A stretch of 56,248 nt of DNA from a virus (Duplodnaviria; Caudoviricetes): IMG/VR virus record IMGVR_UViG_3300033149_003977, positions 1-56,248 of that record; one strand, 5' to 3'. The notes beneath the pieces were generated by a model. It searched no databases. It had not been told where the DNA came from and saw only the letters and a program-made list of their open reading frames with translations. Within the stretch, counting starts at the first letter, position 1. Each line of letters starts with the position of its first letter. This document shows, one piece after another, positions 1-8,507 of the stretch. Both the position numbers and the translations under genes were made by a program.

Positions 1-53
1 AGTGTGAGTTGGGCGGGTGGCGCGAGGTTGGAGTGGTCAATTGGCCACTCCAG
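1..53. repeat. Terminal direct repeat (identical to 56196-56248); circular assembly overlap
   Basis: The 53 nt agtgtgagtt...ccactccag occur at both ends; the ORF starting at 55856 continues in frame through the join to TAA at 126-128. Confidence 0.95.
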
Positions 54-176
54 TTCGTGGCCCCCGCAGCCATCGCGGGAAGTTGTTGCTTCCCGCGATT
101 CGGGATAGGTGAGTTCACCGCCGAGTAATCTTCTTATCGCCTCGCCGGAGGCGTTGTATCCGGCGAAAGGAGAAAC

Positions 177-434
177 ATGGAAAAGAGTGACATAGTTTGC
201 GTCGATAAGGAAATCATCGTGGTGGCATGTGATGCTTGTCCTCAGTGCGGCGGTCTGATGACCGCCGTCCTCTCGGAGAGAGATTTTCTCTCGGAGGACG
301 AGGAGGGACTATGGCCGACCGATGGATATTGGGCGGTGCTCAAGTGCCGCTATAACTATCATCCTCTTCGGCAGGTGTATATCTCTCGCACAATGTTCAA
401 CGACATTGTGCCGAACGGTGTTCTTTACGTATAA
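177..434 (+). CDS. Hypothetical protein, possible Zn ribbon (CxxC)
   Basis: AAGGAG RBS; CPQCGG motif. Confidence 0.7.
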   Translation: MEKSDIVCVDKEIIVVACDACPQCGGLMTAVLSERDFLSEDEEGLWPTDGYWAVLKCRYNYHPLRQVYISRTMFNDIVPNGVLYV

Positions 435-480
435 TGCCGTCGCCTCGCCGGAGGCGTTGTATCCGGCGGAAAGGAGAATT

Positions 481-927
481 ATGAGAACGAGAATTGAGCG
501 CCTCAGAGAGATGGGGGACACCCAAGAAGCAAAACGACGCGCTTGGGTGAGGCTGCTTCGGACAAAGCAACTCGCCGGGGCATGTCTGAGAGAAAAGTCA
601 TTTCCCTGGCAAGATCTCAAAGACGCGGTGTTGGTGAACGCTGACATGGCGTTCGCTGACGTATATCGCGTCGACCTGCGTGGGGCCGACTTGCGCGGGG
701 CCAACCTGGGCGAAGCTAATTTATTCTGCGCCGACCTGCGTGGGGCCGACCTGCGTGGGGCTTATCTCAAGGGGTGCAACCTGTGGGACGCGAACCTTCT
801 AGGTTCGCGAATTAACGTTGGAGCACTCGACAACGCTCTCCTGGACAAGGAAGCGTGGAGAGTAAAAGACGGGATTGTCGGTCTCGCACCAGGTCGCACC
901 AATCCCTGGCGGCCCTATCACGGATGA
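481..927 (+). CDS. Pentapeptide repeat protein
   Basis: A(D/N)LxG repeats (ADLRG ANLGE ANLFC ADLRG); start moved to ATG 481 after the RBS. Confidence 0.88.
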   Translation: MRTRIERLREMGDTQEAKRRAWVRLLRTKQLAGACLREKSFPWQDLKDAVLVNADMAFADVYRVDLRGADLRGANLGEANLFCADLRGADLRGAYLKGCNLWDANLLGSRINVGALDNALLDKEAWRVKDGIVGLAPGRTNPWRPYHG

Positions 928-976
928 GAGTTTTATCGCCCCGCCGGAGGCATTATATCCGGCGGAAAGGAGCATC

Positions 977-1249
977 GTGGGAAAAAGACAGAGTCCAGTC
1001 TATGGGGCGGATGGCGACTTGCTCATCTGCAAGACGCTCCGCCTCGACAATTGGTCGTCCATGTCGGTGTTTTATCTAACACCGACTAAGAATGATCCTG
1101 GGGGGTTCGGCTGTGTGTTTCACGCTGCCGACGTCTATCCAAAGGGCACAGAACCCAATTGCATTTGGGGGTTCCGTACCCTCGATGAGGCCATAAATGA
1201 CGGCCTTGACGCCTGGAAAAATGATCCAGACGTCATGGCGATGTTATAA
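977..1249 (+). CDS. Hypothetical protein
   Basis: GTG 977 after AAGGAG of the repeat element; open to TAA 1249. Confidence 0.65.
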   Translation: MGKRQSPVYGADGDLLICKTLRLDNWSSMSVFYLTPTKNDPGGFGCVFHAADVYPKGTEPNCIWGFRTLDEAINDGLDAWKNDPDVMAML

Positions 1250-1261
1250 GGAGGAGGAAAC

Positions 1262-1654
1262 ATGATGAAAAAAACGCTGCGGCTGAAACCGCGAACCCTG
1301 GGGGATCTTCACACCGCTATGGAAATCCTTGGCAAGTACGCCGAGAGTTATAGCGACAACGGCGGCAATCCGGACGGAAATGCGTGGCTTCCGTCCTCGG
1401 ACATTCCGGATGACGTCGCCGAAATGATTGTCGCCAGAGGACTCGGCGAAATGGTTATTGCGTTCCGAATGGATGACGAAGATGTGGCGACGTATTTTGA
1501 CGTCGAGGAAATCTTCGCTATAGCTCGGGAAACGGATGACTGGGATTTATTCCGAGATCGACTCACAGCGGACAATTACATTCACGCCTACGCGCATTAC
1601 GGCGCGTACGGCGCAAGCGACTCGTTGTGGGTCGTAGAACCACAAAAGATATAA
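1262..1654 (+). CDS. Hypothetical acidic protein
   Basis: GGAGGAGG RBS; 130-aa ORF. Confidence 0.75.
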   Translation: MMKKTLRLKPRTLGDLHTAMEILGKYAESYSDNGGNPDGNAWLPSSDIPDDVAEMIVARGLGEMVIAFRMDDEDVATYFDVEEIFAIARETDDWDLFRDRLTADNYIHAYAHYGAYGASDSLWVVEPQKI

Positions 1655-1681
1655 AACTGACCACGTTGTGATGCCGCGGAG

Positions 1682-1722
1682 GTAGGGACACATTCAAATG
1701 TTTGTGTCCCTACTTTTGTTTT
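1682..1722 (+). terminator. Rho-independent terminator
   Basis: GTAGGGACACA/TGTGTCCCTAC stem followed by TTTTGTTTT. Confidence 0.8.
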
Positions 1723-1811
1723 ACATAATGTGAGAATTTTGGAAAGTTCTCACATTATGTAATGCGGAATGCATTTTTCTACTTGACATTCAGTGTAAAC
1801 TCTGCTATAAT
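1721..1811 (+). promoter_or_regulatory. Consensus sigma70/sigmaA promoter with upstream 16-bp inverted repeat
   Basis: TTGACA(1783-88)-17 bp-TATAAT(1806-11) with extended TG; TTACATAATGTGAGAA/TTCTCACATTATGTAA IR at 1721-1762. Confidence 0.88.
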
Positions 1812-1844
1812 ATATTCGAGAATGAAAATTGAGGACGAGAAAAA

Positions 1845-2207
1845 ATGAACGGCAAGGAATTGATCAAAAAGTTGACCAAATTCTATAAGGTAGAGGAAAG
1901 CGGTCTCCCCCACTACAATGATGAGATTGTGGACGTCGCCTTTGCTCTCGCCTTTTTCATCCGCTCACAGGCGGAGGAGGACGATAGCGGGTTTTGGTGG
2001 GACGGAAATATCTGCAAGGACAGCGAAATGCTTGAGCGGCAGATGAATGAACTCATCACAAACCCAAGCGTGACGTTGATTGACACCGTGGTGCATCACA
2101 TGCACCAGGGTTTACTCGATGCAATCGACTCCTCGGGCGAAAGCTCCGAGGAGATGATGTGGGATTATGAGGGCGACATCATGTCGTACCTCTTGAACAG
2201 GAACTGA
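1845..2207 (+). CDS. Hypothetical protein
   Basis: First ORF after the promoter; 120 aa. Confidence 0.75.
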   Translation: MNGKELIKKLTKFYKVEESGLPHYNDEIVDVAFALAFFIRSQAEEDDSGFWWDGNICKDSEMLERQMNELITNPSVTLIDTVVHHMHQGLLDAIDSSGESSEEMMWDYEGDIMSYLLNRN

Positions 2208-2217
2208 AAGGAGAGAA

Positions 2218-3012
2218 ATGAACGAAAAAACGCGAACGTTGCTCGCGCGGATTGAGAAGGGAGTGGCTGAGGTCGCCTCCTCCGAGGAGTGGAAAAAATA
2301 CTTGGCGTTCCATGCCAAGTTTCACCGCTATTCCTGGCGAAACACATTCCTCATCATGCTTCAGCGAAAAGATGCCTCCCTTGTCGCTGGCTACCGCCAA
2401 TGGCAGAAGCGCGGTCGCCAAGTGCGAAGAGGCGAAAAGGGCATCGCCATCTTGGCCCCTGTGATAGTCAAAATCAGAGACGAAAACGGCGAATTCACCG
2501 GCGAGCGAAAGCTCGTCGGATTCCGCAAAGTGACCGTTTTCGACGTTGCCCAGACCGACGGGGAACCAATCCCCGACGGTGGATTGCGGGAGATCGAGGA
2601 CGAAAAACTAGAACCAGAGCTCCTGGGCGTGCTGACAAAAGCCGCCGAGGAGATGGGGTTCACGGTCACTGAGGGTGATCTGCCTGGTGATGCGAACGGC
2701 AGAGTCACAGAGAGCAAAGCGATTACTCTCCGTAAATCTCTCGGTTCGGCGGCAAAAGTCAAAACGCTTATCCACGAGATGGCCCACTGGCTTTTGGGTC
2801 ATTTCGAGAATGATGAACCACTAGGAAAAAAAGAATTCGAAGCCGAATCTGCGGCTTTCGTTGTGTGCTCCGCGTTGGGGATCGAAACCGGAGGGTATTC
2901 GTTCCCGTACATCGCCGGATGGACACAAGGCGATGACGTGGGGAAAATGGTCGCGGAATCGGCGGAGAAAATCACACGGGCGGCGGGCAAAATTCTAGAG
3001 GCTGCCGCATGA
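2218..3012 (+). CDS. ardC: ArdC-like protein: N-terminal ssDNA-binding domain plus zincin metallopeptidase
   Basis: FHRYSWRNTFLI, VAGYRQWQKRGRQVRRGEKGI, VFDVAQTDG; HEMAH zincin motif; EFEAESAAFVVC..LGI. Confidence 0.85.
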   Translation: MNEKTRTLLARIEKGVAEVASSEEWKKYLAFHAKFHRYSWRNTFLIMLQRKDASLVAGYRQWQKRGRQVRRGEKGIAILAPVIVKIRDENGEFTGERKLVGFRKVTVFDVAQTDGEPIPDGGLREIEDEKLEPELLGVLTKAAEEMGFTVTEGDLPGDANGRVTESKAITLRKSLGSAAKVKTLIHEMAHWLLGHFENDEPLGKKEFEAESAAFVVCSALGIETGGYSFPYIAGWTQGDDVGKMVAESAEKITRAAGKILEAAA

Positions 3013-3025
3013 CACCACGATCCTG

Positions 3026-3056
3026 GGGCGGGAAAGTGATTAACTTTCCCGCTCTG
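3026..3056. terminator. Hairpin between convergent genes (possible bidirectional terminator)
   Basis: GCGGGAAAGT/ACTTTCCCGC stem between the ends of ardC and the minus-strand ORF. Confidence 0.55.
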
Positions 3057-3276
3057 TTCGGCTTTCCTCGATCAATAAATCACATACATCCTCTAGTGTT
3101 GTGTGCCGAAGGATCAGACGCAACACAAAACTACGCTGTTGGTCGATGGCGCGGCTTAATTCGTTCAGGCGTTCCAACTCGTTAATACCCAGATTCACCG
3201 ACACCTTATTCATCCCTAACATGCCCCACTCACGGCTGTAAACCTCTCTGGCCATTCGCGTGAGTGTGTTAGGCAT
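3040..3276 (-). CDS. Ribbon-helix-helix (CopG/Arc-like) DNA-binding protein
   Basis: KVSVNL beta strand + INELERLNELSRAIDQQRSFVLRLIL helices; own promoter TTGCCT-17-TATAAT at 3375-3347 on the minus strand; alternative start at 3213. Confidence 0.65.
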   Translation of the reverse strand: MPNTLTRMAREVYSREWGMLGMNKVSVNLGINELERLNELSRAIDQQRSFVLRLILRHTTLEDVCDLLIEESRTERES

Positions 3277-3377
3277 AATACCTTTGTACGCTTGCAACGA
3301 AAAAGAACGAGCTGATTTTTTGGTTTTCACAGCTACCCCCGATGGCATTATAGTATAAATTGGCGGGGGAGGCAAAG

Positions 3378-3425
3378 TGCATAGTTGCATAATTGCATAG
3401 TTGCATAGCTGCATAGTTGCATAAT
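3378..3425. repeat. Six tandem 8-bp repeats TGCATARY
   Basis: tgcatagt tgcataat tgcatagt tgcatagc tgcatagt tgcataat. Confidence 0.9.
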
Positions 3426-3761
3426 CTATATAGGGAAATTTTTTGAAATGACGAATTATGCTATAATTTTTTTTACTTTACCAATTATACTACAATAAAT
3501 TGATTATACACTATAATACACAGCAAACAATGTAATAGTTGTAGTATAATTACGTTTTGATACATCAAATATGAATTATGATTATGCAACCTACCCACAA
3601 CGCGCAAAAAAGATGTTATTTTATTACATTCTATTACTGTGAAATATTACTCTATTATAGTCAATTCTGCATAATCAGGTGCATAGTGAAAATTATGCAC
3701 ATGTGCATTTGGCTTTACATAAAACTGTGTAATGTGTCAAGATATGGCTCATTTGCATAGG

Positions 3762-3849
3762 TGCATAGTCCAAATTATGCAGATGCATAATTCAAATTAT
3801 GCAGATGCATAATTCAAATTATGCAGATGCATAGTCCAAATTATGCAGA
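3762..3849. repeat. Four tandem 22-bp palindromic repeats (iteron/operator-like) in an AT-rich non-coding region
   Basis: TGCATA(A/G)T(T/C)CAAATTATGCAGA x4; core TGCATAATT-CA-AATTATGCA. Confidence 0.9.
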
Positions 3850-3911
3850 TGTGCGGACTTGGTTGTAAGACATTTTCTCTGATTTATTTTCTATGTTCTA
3901 AAGCAATTTAC

Positions 3912-3940
3912 TTGACAACAAAACCTTTGTGTGCTACAAT
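3912..3940 (+). promoter_or_regulatory. sigma70-type promoter of the packaging operon
   Basis: TTGACA-17 bp-TACAAT with extended TG. Confidence 0.75.
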
Positions 3941-3957
3941 CAGGTGAGGAGGTTGAG

Positions 3958-4362
3958 ATGGGAGACACACTTTTGACCATGCGCCAGGCGGCGAAGTTCA
4001 AGGGTTTGAGTCTGCACAACTTTTACTATCAGCTTCGTCAAGGATACATTAAACCTGATGCACGGATTGGACAATCATTTTTATTCCGTAAATCTACGCT
4101 TGACTCTTGGGAACCAAAACAATTGAAGCGTGGTCGTGGTTCTCGGCCACGAGGGTTTCAACAGGAACAGCTCACATTACGCCAAGTGGCTGAAGAGCTT
4201 GGGATAACAATTAAAGAGATGCGCGCGTTGGTTAGCTCAGGACGTTTCCCCGTGGATGGGAAAGTGTCCGGGGTGCGGTTTGTCTGGCGGAAAACGCTGG
4301 ATGCGTGGAAGGAGAAACATGATTCAGGAAGCGATAATCAAATCTCTGGAGACCTCACGTAA
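3958..4362 (+). CDS. Tandem excisionase/MerR-type HTH DNA-binding protein
   Basis: LLTMRQAAKFKG and LTLRQVAEELGIT..MRALVSSGRFP HTH domains; GAGGAGG RBS. Confidence 0.8.
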   Translation: MGDTLLTMRQAAKFKGLSLHNFYYQLRQGYIKPDARIGQSFLFRKSTLDSWEPKQLKRGRGSRPRGFQQEQLTLRQVAEELGITIKEMRALVSSGRFPVDGKVSGVRFVWRKTLDAWKEKHDSGSDNQISGDLT

Positions 4363-5035
4363 ACGGTGGCCGAAGCGTGGTCGGCCGAAGCTGTGGGTTT
4401 CCGAGGTCGGCAGGTGTCCGAGGCGTGCCATGCTGCGCGTGAAAGGTGTTGAACCGTCTGTTGGTTTCCCGACGGATGTATTGAACGTGATGGATCTTGG
4501 CAAGAGCTTTGAGGACAATACCGGCGCGCACCTGGAGAGAGTCTATGGGAACAAGGTGGTGCGCGAGGTGCCGCTCGGCAACGAGATTTGGTCGGGCCGC
4601 GCGGATTTTGTGTTTCTGTATTCGAACCTGCCTGTTGTCGTGGAGCACAAGGCGACTGGCGGGAAATGGTTTAATTACAACAACAACCTGCCTAAAGTTG
4701 ATCATGTGTGTCAACTTTGTATGTATGGTTACTTATATCATTATCGTCATGCTGTCATTCCTAAACTGATTCTTTTTTATCGCGCCTGGCGGCATTATGC
4801 AGAATTCGAGTTGATTGTTCATGACGATGGTGTGCGTGCTTTGGGAATAATAGATGATGAGCCTGCATCAATATGGTTGTGGACGCAACCGAAAAGATTG
4901 CGGTTGGAACTAGAGGATTTGTGGCGCAAGGACGAGCTTCCACCGTTGCCGAACGGCCCGTCGGACGAAGTCGGTTGCACGTTCTGCGGCGAACGGTCAT
5001 GCGGATATTACGACGAATGCTGGGGAAAAGCATAG
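4319..5035 (+). CDS. Cas4-like PD-(D/E)XK exonuclease (solo)
   Basis: SEVGRCPRR, GRADF, VVEHKAT, QLCMY and C-terminal Cys cluster CTFC...CGYYDEC. Confidence 0.8.
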   Translation: MIQEAIIKSLETSRKRWPKRGRPKLWVSEVGRCPRRAMLRVKGVEPSVGFPTDVLNVMDLGKSFEDNTGAHLERVYGNKVVREVPLGNEIWSGRADFVFLYSNLPVVVEHKATGGKWFNYNNNLPKVDHVCQLCMYGYLYHYRHAVIPKLILFYRAWRHYAEFELIVHDDGVRALGIIDDEPASIWLWTQPKRLRLELEDLWRKDELPPLPNGPSDEVGCTFCGERSCGYYDECWGKA

Positions 5036-5046
5036 GAGAATACATA

Positions 5047-5688
5047 ATGACGAAATTGACTTGGCGTAATGAAAAGCGTCGTCTGGGCGATTTGATTCCG
5101 TGGAAGAATAATGCCCGTCGAATATCGGATGTGAATGCTCAACGACTAGTCCAAAGTCTTGAGGAATTTGGTCAGGTCGAAATGCTGGCAATAGAACCCG
5201 ACAACGAGTTGATCGATGGACATCAGCGGCAATATTGCTGGTCAGCAGCGGCAGAATTTGGGCCGGATTATGAGGTAGAGGTGCGGGTTGCCAGTCGCAA
5301 ATTAACGGAGCGAGAAAAACGCAAATTAAGCGTTTTTTTGCATCGCGGCGCGCAAGGCGAATGGGATTGGGATTTGCTGATTGGCTGGAATGCAAATGAA
5401 GACCTGCTTTCGTGGGGATTTGAAACCTGGGAATTTGGAGTAGATAAAACGATTAATGATGAAACGATAAATTATGACGATTTGTGGGAAGGAATGCCAG
5501 CGTTTGAACAGGAAGAGCAATCCCCGTTTCAAACTGTGCTTGTGCATTTTCGCAATGAAAATGATGTAGCTGATTTTGCCGCATTGATTGAACAAACTGT
5601 AACGCAGCAGACGAAATACATCTGGTATCCCAAACAAGAGCGAACTGATCTCAAACGATTTGCATGTGTAGATGAAGAATCAATATAA
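5047..5688 (+). CDS. ParB/sulfiredoxin-like N-terminal domain protein
   Basis: LIPWKNNARRI..RLVQSLEEFG, LIDGHQR; C-terminal WEGMPAFEQE..VHF..WYP segment typical of genes preceding GREB1-like glycosyltransferases. Confidence 0.8.
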   Translation: MTKLTWRNEKRRLGDLIPWKNNARRISDVNAQRLVQSLEEFGQVEMLAIEPDNELIDGHQRQYCWSAAAEFGPDYEVEVRVASRKLTEREKRKLSVFLHRGAQGEWDWDLLIGWNANEDLLSWGFETWEFGVDKTINDETINYDDLWEGMPAFEQEEQSPFQTVLVHFRNENDVADFAALIEQTVTQQTKYIWYPKQERTDLKRFACVDEESI

Positions 5689-5791
5689 ATATGTGCAAGA
5701 CGATGGGGTGCCGGGCGGCCATTACATTTTATGAAATGGACGGACAGCGCCATTTATTTCCTAAACAATGAGAAGAATTTGCTTTAACAGA

Positions 5792-6640
5792 ATGAATCCG
5801 CGTTATCCAGTTTACATCGTATCAAAAGGACGTTGGGAATCACGATTGACAAGCAAGGCGCTTGAGAAAATGCAAGTGCCATATTTTATCGTTGTTGAAC
5901 CACCGGAATACGAGCGTTATGCTGCCGTGATAGATAAAGCGAAAATCCTACAATTACCGTTCGCTGATTTAGGACAGGGATCGATTCCGGCTCGCAATTG
6001 GATTTGGGAACATTCAATAAAGATCGGCGCCGAACGACATTGGATATTAGATGATAACATTCGTAACTTTTATCGATTACACAAAAATATAAAATATCGT
6101 CTTGAATCGGGAACCGGATTTCGAGTCATTGAGGACTTTGTGGATCGCTATGAAAATGTTGCGCTTGCAGGAATGCAATATCATTTTTTTGCTCCCCACA
6201 AATCAAAACACACCGTGTTAATTTTAAATACGCGGATTTATTCCTGCATCTTGATAAAAAACGATCTGTCTTTTCGTTGGCGTGGTCGTTATAATGAAGA
6301 TACAGATTTATCATTGCGAGTTCTTAAAGCGGGTTGGTGTACGGTGTTATTTTACATATTTCTCGCGGAAAAAAACGCAACGATGAGAATGAGGGGAGGA
6401 AATACGGATGAGCTGTATCAAGGCGACGGACGACGGCAAATGGCGCTATCTTTACATAATCAGCATCCACGGCTGGTAAAAGTTGTGCAAAAATGGGGTC
6501 GTTGGCAGCATTCGGTAAATTATCGTCCGTTTAAGAAAAATAGACTTAAGAAAAAATCGGGGGTGATTATCCCCCGTGGTGTTAATAATTACGGGCTAGT
6601 ATTTGTAGATAAAAAAACGGATAGAAAATGGAACGGATAG
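5792..6640 (+). CDS. GREB1-like/TET-associated (TAGT) DNA glycosyltransferase
   Basis: YPVYIVSKGR, PARNWIWEHS, HWILDDNI, NTRIYSCILI, WRGRYNEDTDLSLRVLK, GGNT motifs; alternative start 5768. Confidence 0.82.
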   Translation: MNPRYPVYIVSKGRWESRLTSKALEKMQVPYFIVVEPPEYERYAAVIDKAKILQLPFADLGQGSIPARNWIWEHSIKIGAERHWILDDNIRNFYRLHKNIKYRLESGTGFRVIEDFVDRYENVALAGMQYHFFAPHKSKHTVLILNTRIYSCILIKNDLSFRWRGRYNEDTDLSLRVLKAGWCTVLFYIFLAEKNATMRMRGGNTDELYQGDGRRQMALSLHNQHPRLVKVVQKWGRWQHSVNYRPFKKNRLKKKSGVIIPRGVNNYGLVFVDKKTDRKWNG

Positions 6641-6643
6641 AAA

Positions 6644-7213
6644 ATGGAACGGGGTAAACGGAATATAGATCGTAGATGGTCGCCAGTTACACGCAAGATA
6701 CTTCGACGTCGAGTCGTTGCAATGCTCGTGCGTGGACTTGAGGAACACGAGATCGTTCAACAGCTCAGTGTGCCTACGGTGCCGGACGGCGCGGGAGGAG
6801 TGCGATCCAACCCAACGTATCTAGAAAATCCAAGCACGGGAAAGCCATACGATCAGTCAACGATTAATCGGCTCATTCATAAAATCTGGGACGAATGGCT
6901 GGCGATGGATACTGAGACGATTCGACGTTATAGAATGGAAATTATCCAACACAACATTGAATTAGAGCGAGTGGCGTGGGCAAATCATGATTTGTCTGAA
7001 GTGCGAGTAATCCTCGATCAGCGAGCGAAGTTACTTGGTGCTTTCGCCCCAATCAAATATTCGGATGTTTCTGATATAGAGATGGAGACGGAAGCTCGTC
7101 GGTTGTTAGAGGAGGAATTGGCGCGACGTGACCAGCTCATGGAGCAACTTCGTGCACAAGATACCACTGAGGATGGCGCTGAAACAACTAGAGATAGTGC
7201 GGAAACAGAATGA
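6644..7213 (+). CDS. terS: Putative terminase small subunit
   Basis: Position before TerL; HTH-like N-terminus; ILDQRAKLLG motif. Confidence 0.7.
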   Translation: MERGKRNIDRRWSPVTRKILRRRVVAMLVRGLEEHEIVQQLSVPTVPDGAGGVRSNPTYLENPSTGKPYDQSTINRLIHKIWDEWLAMDTETIRRYRMEIIQHNIELERVAWANHDLSEVRVILDQRAKLLGAFAPIKYSDVSDIEMETEARRLLEEELARRDQLMEQLRAQDTTEDGAETTRDSAETE

Positions 7214-8507
7214 AGAAATTATCGAGAAATTGCGGCAGCCGCAGTTCTATGGTCATTGTGCGAGTCTACAAAAATCTGTAACGGGCGAGGTCATTCTTTC
7301 GGGCCCCGCCGGAACGGGCAAGTCGCTAGCGGCGCTTTACAAGCTGTATGCCTGCGCCATGCGATATCCCGGATTTCGCGGCGCGATCATCCGTAAGACG
7401 CGGACGAGTCTCACAGAGACGGGACTGGTCACATTTGAACGTGATGTGTTAGGTTTAGATCATAAGCTGTTGGTTAATGGTCCCAGCAGAGCCTATAGGT
7501 CGCGTTATACATTCGACAACGGCAGTGAAATCGTTATTGCTGGTCTTGATCGACCGAGTCGTATTTTAAGTTCTGAATATGACATAATCTTTGTCCAGCA
7601 GGCAGAAGAGATCGCGTTGCGTGAGTGGGAAATATTGACTACGCGATTGCGCAACTATCAGATGCCGTACCAGCAACTCATTGGCGATTGCAACCCAGAG
7701 TCGCCAATGCACTGGATCAAACAAAGAGGTGAAAGCAATGCACTTGTACTGTGGGAAACAACACATCAAGACAATCCGCTTCTTTGGGATGCGAGAACGA
7801 ATGATTGGACGGAGGAGGGCCGGCGGTATCTAGCAACACTGGACAAATTGACGGGGGCTACGAAACGTCGGCTGCGGTATGGCGAGTGGGTGCATCCCGA
7901 AGGAGCAATTTACGAGACATTCGACGAAGATAGGCACGTCGTCAAATCGTTCGACGTTCCGCTTACCTGGCCACGGTTTGTGGGTATTGACCCGTTTGGC
8001 GCGTATATTGCGGCGGTTTGGTTAGCGTTTGACGTGGAAAATGGTGTGTTGAACGCATACCGCGAATATTACGAGCCGTTCGGCATAACGACGCAACAGC
8101 ATGTAAAAAACATTCTTGACATAACACGACGATACGGCGAGACCGTTTTTGCCTGGGTCGGCGGCGGGCCGTCGGAGCGTCAGGCGCGGACTGATTTCGC
8201 GGGCGCGGGCATCCCGCTCATGGAGCCGCCGATTTCGGATGTGTGGTCGGGTATTGACCGCGTGAATGAACTGCTGCGAGAAAATACGCTTGTCGTCCAC
8301 GAGGGTACCTGTCCCAACTTGACCAGTGAACTTGGATCCTACCGGCGTAAGATGGACAAAAATGGTCAACCGACGGATCAAATTGAAAACAAAGAGACAT
8401 ATCACATGCTTGACGCATTGCGTTACATAGTTGTGTATCTTACACAATCGCCTGATTTGAACCGACGGGAAGTGGTTTACAAATCTATGCAGCTCGGGAG
8501 ATATTAA
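7173..8507 (+). CDS. terL: Terminase large subunit (PBSX/Terminase_6-like)
   Basis: Walker A GPAGTGKS, GDCNPESPMHWIK, RRLRYGEW, nuclease GIDP and HMLDALRY motifs. Confidence 0.92.
   Translation: MALKQLEIVRKQNEEIIEKLRQPQFYGHCASLQKSVTGEVILSGPAGTGKSLAALYKLYACAMRYPGFRGAIIRKTRTSLTETGLVTFERDVLGLDHKLLVNGPSRAYRSRYTFDNGSEIVIAGLDRPSRILSSEYDIIFVQQAEEIALREWEILTTRLRNYQMPYQQLIGDCNPESPMHWIKQRGESNALVLWETTHQDNPLLWDARTNDWTEEGRRYLATLDKLTGATKRRLRYGEWVHPEGAIYETFDEDRHVVKSFDVPLTWPRFVGIDPFGAYIAAVWLAFDVENGVLNAYREYYEPFGITTQQHVKNILDITRRYGETVFAWVGGGPSERQARTDFAGAGIPLMEPPISDVWSGIDRVNELLRENTLVVHEGTCPNLTSELGSYRRKMDKNGQPTDQIENKETYHMLDALRYIVVYLTQSPDLNRREVVYKSMQLGRY

Larger units (their letters stand above)
137..972 (+). repeat. 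Three copies of a ~36-nt intergenic hairpin+RBS element (137-172, 440-476, 936-972)
   Basis: tcgccYcgccggaggcRttRtatccggcg(g)aaaggag; CGCCGGA/TCCGGCG stem directly before the SD of three consecutive genes. Confidence 0.9.

Noticed and set aside
3578-3760. Track ORFs in AT-rich control regions (also 41843-42064, 54348-54671 and the upstream extensions 42172/54523)
   Set aside because: They overlap repeats and promoters and lack an RBS; the real starts are downstream
3762-3849. Palindromic tandem repeats near a Cas4-like gene as a CRISPR array
   Set aside because: The repeats are contiguous with no unique spacers
5672-5791. Short ORFs between the ParB-like and glycosyltransferase genes
   Set aside because: Under 30 codons with no RBS; possibly a gene remnant but unsupported
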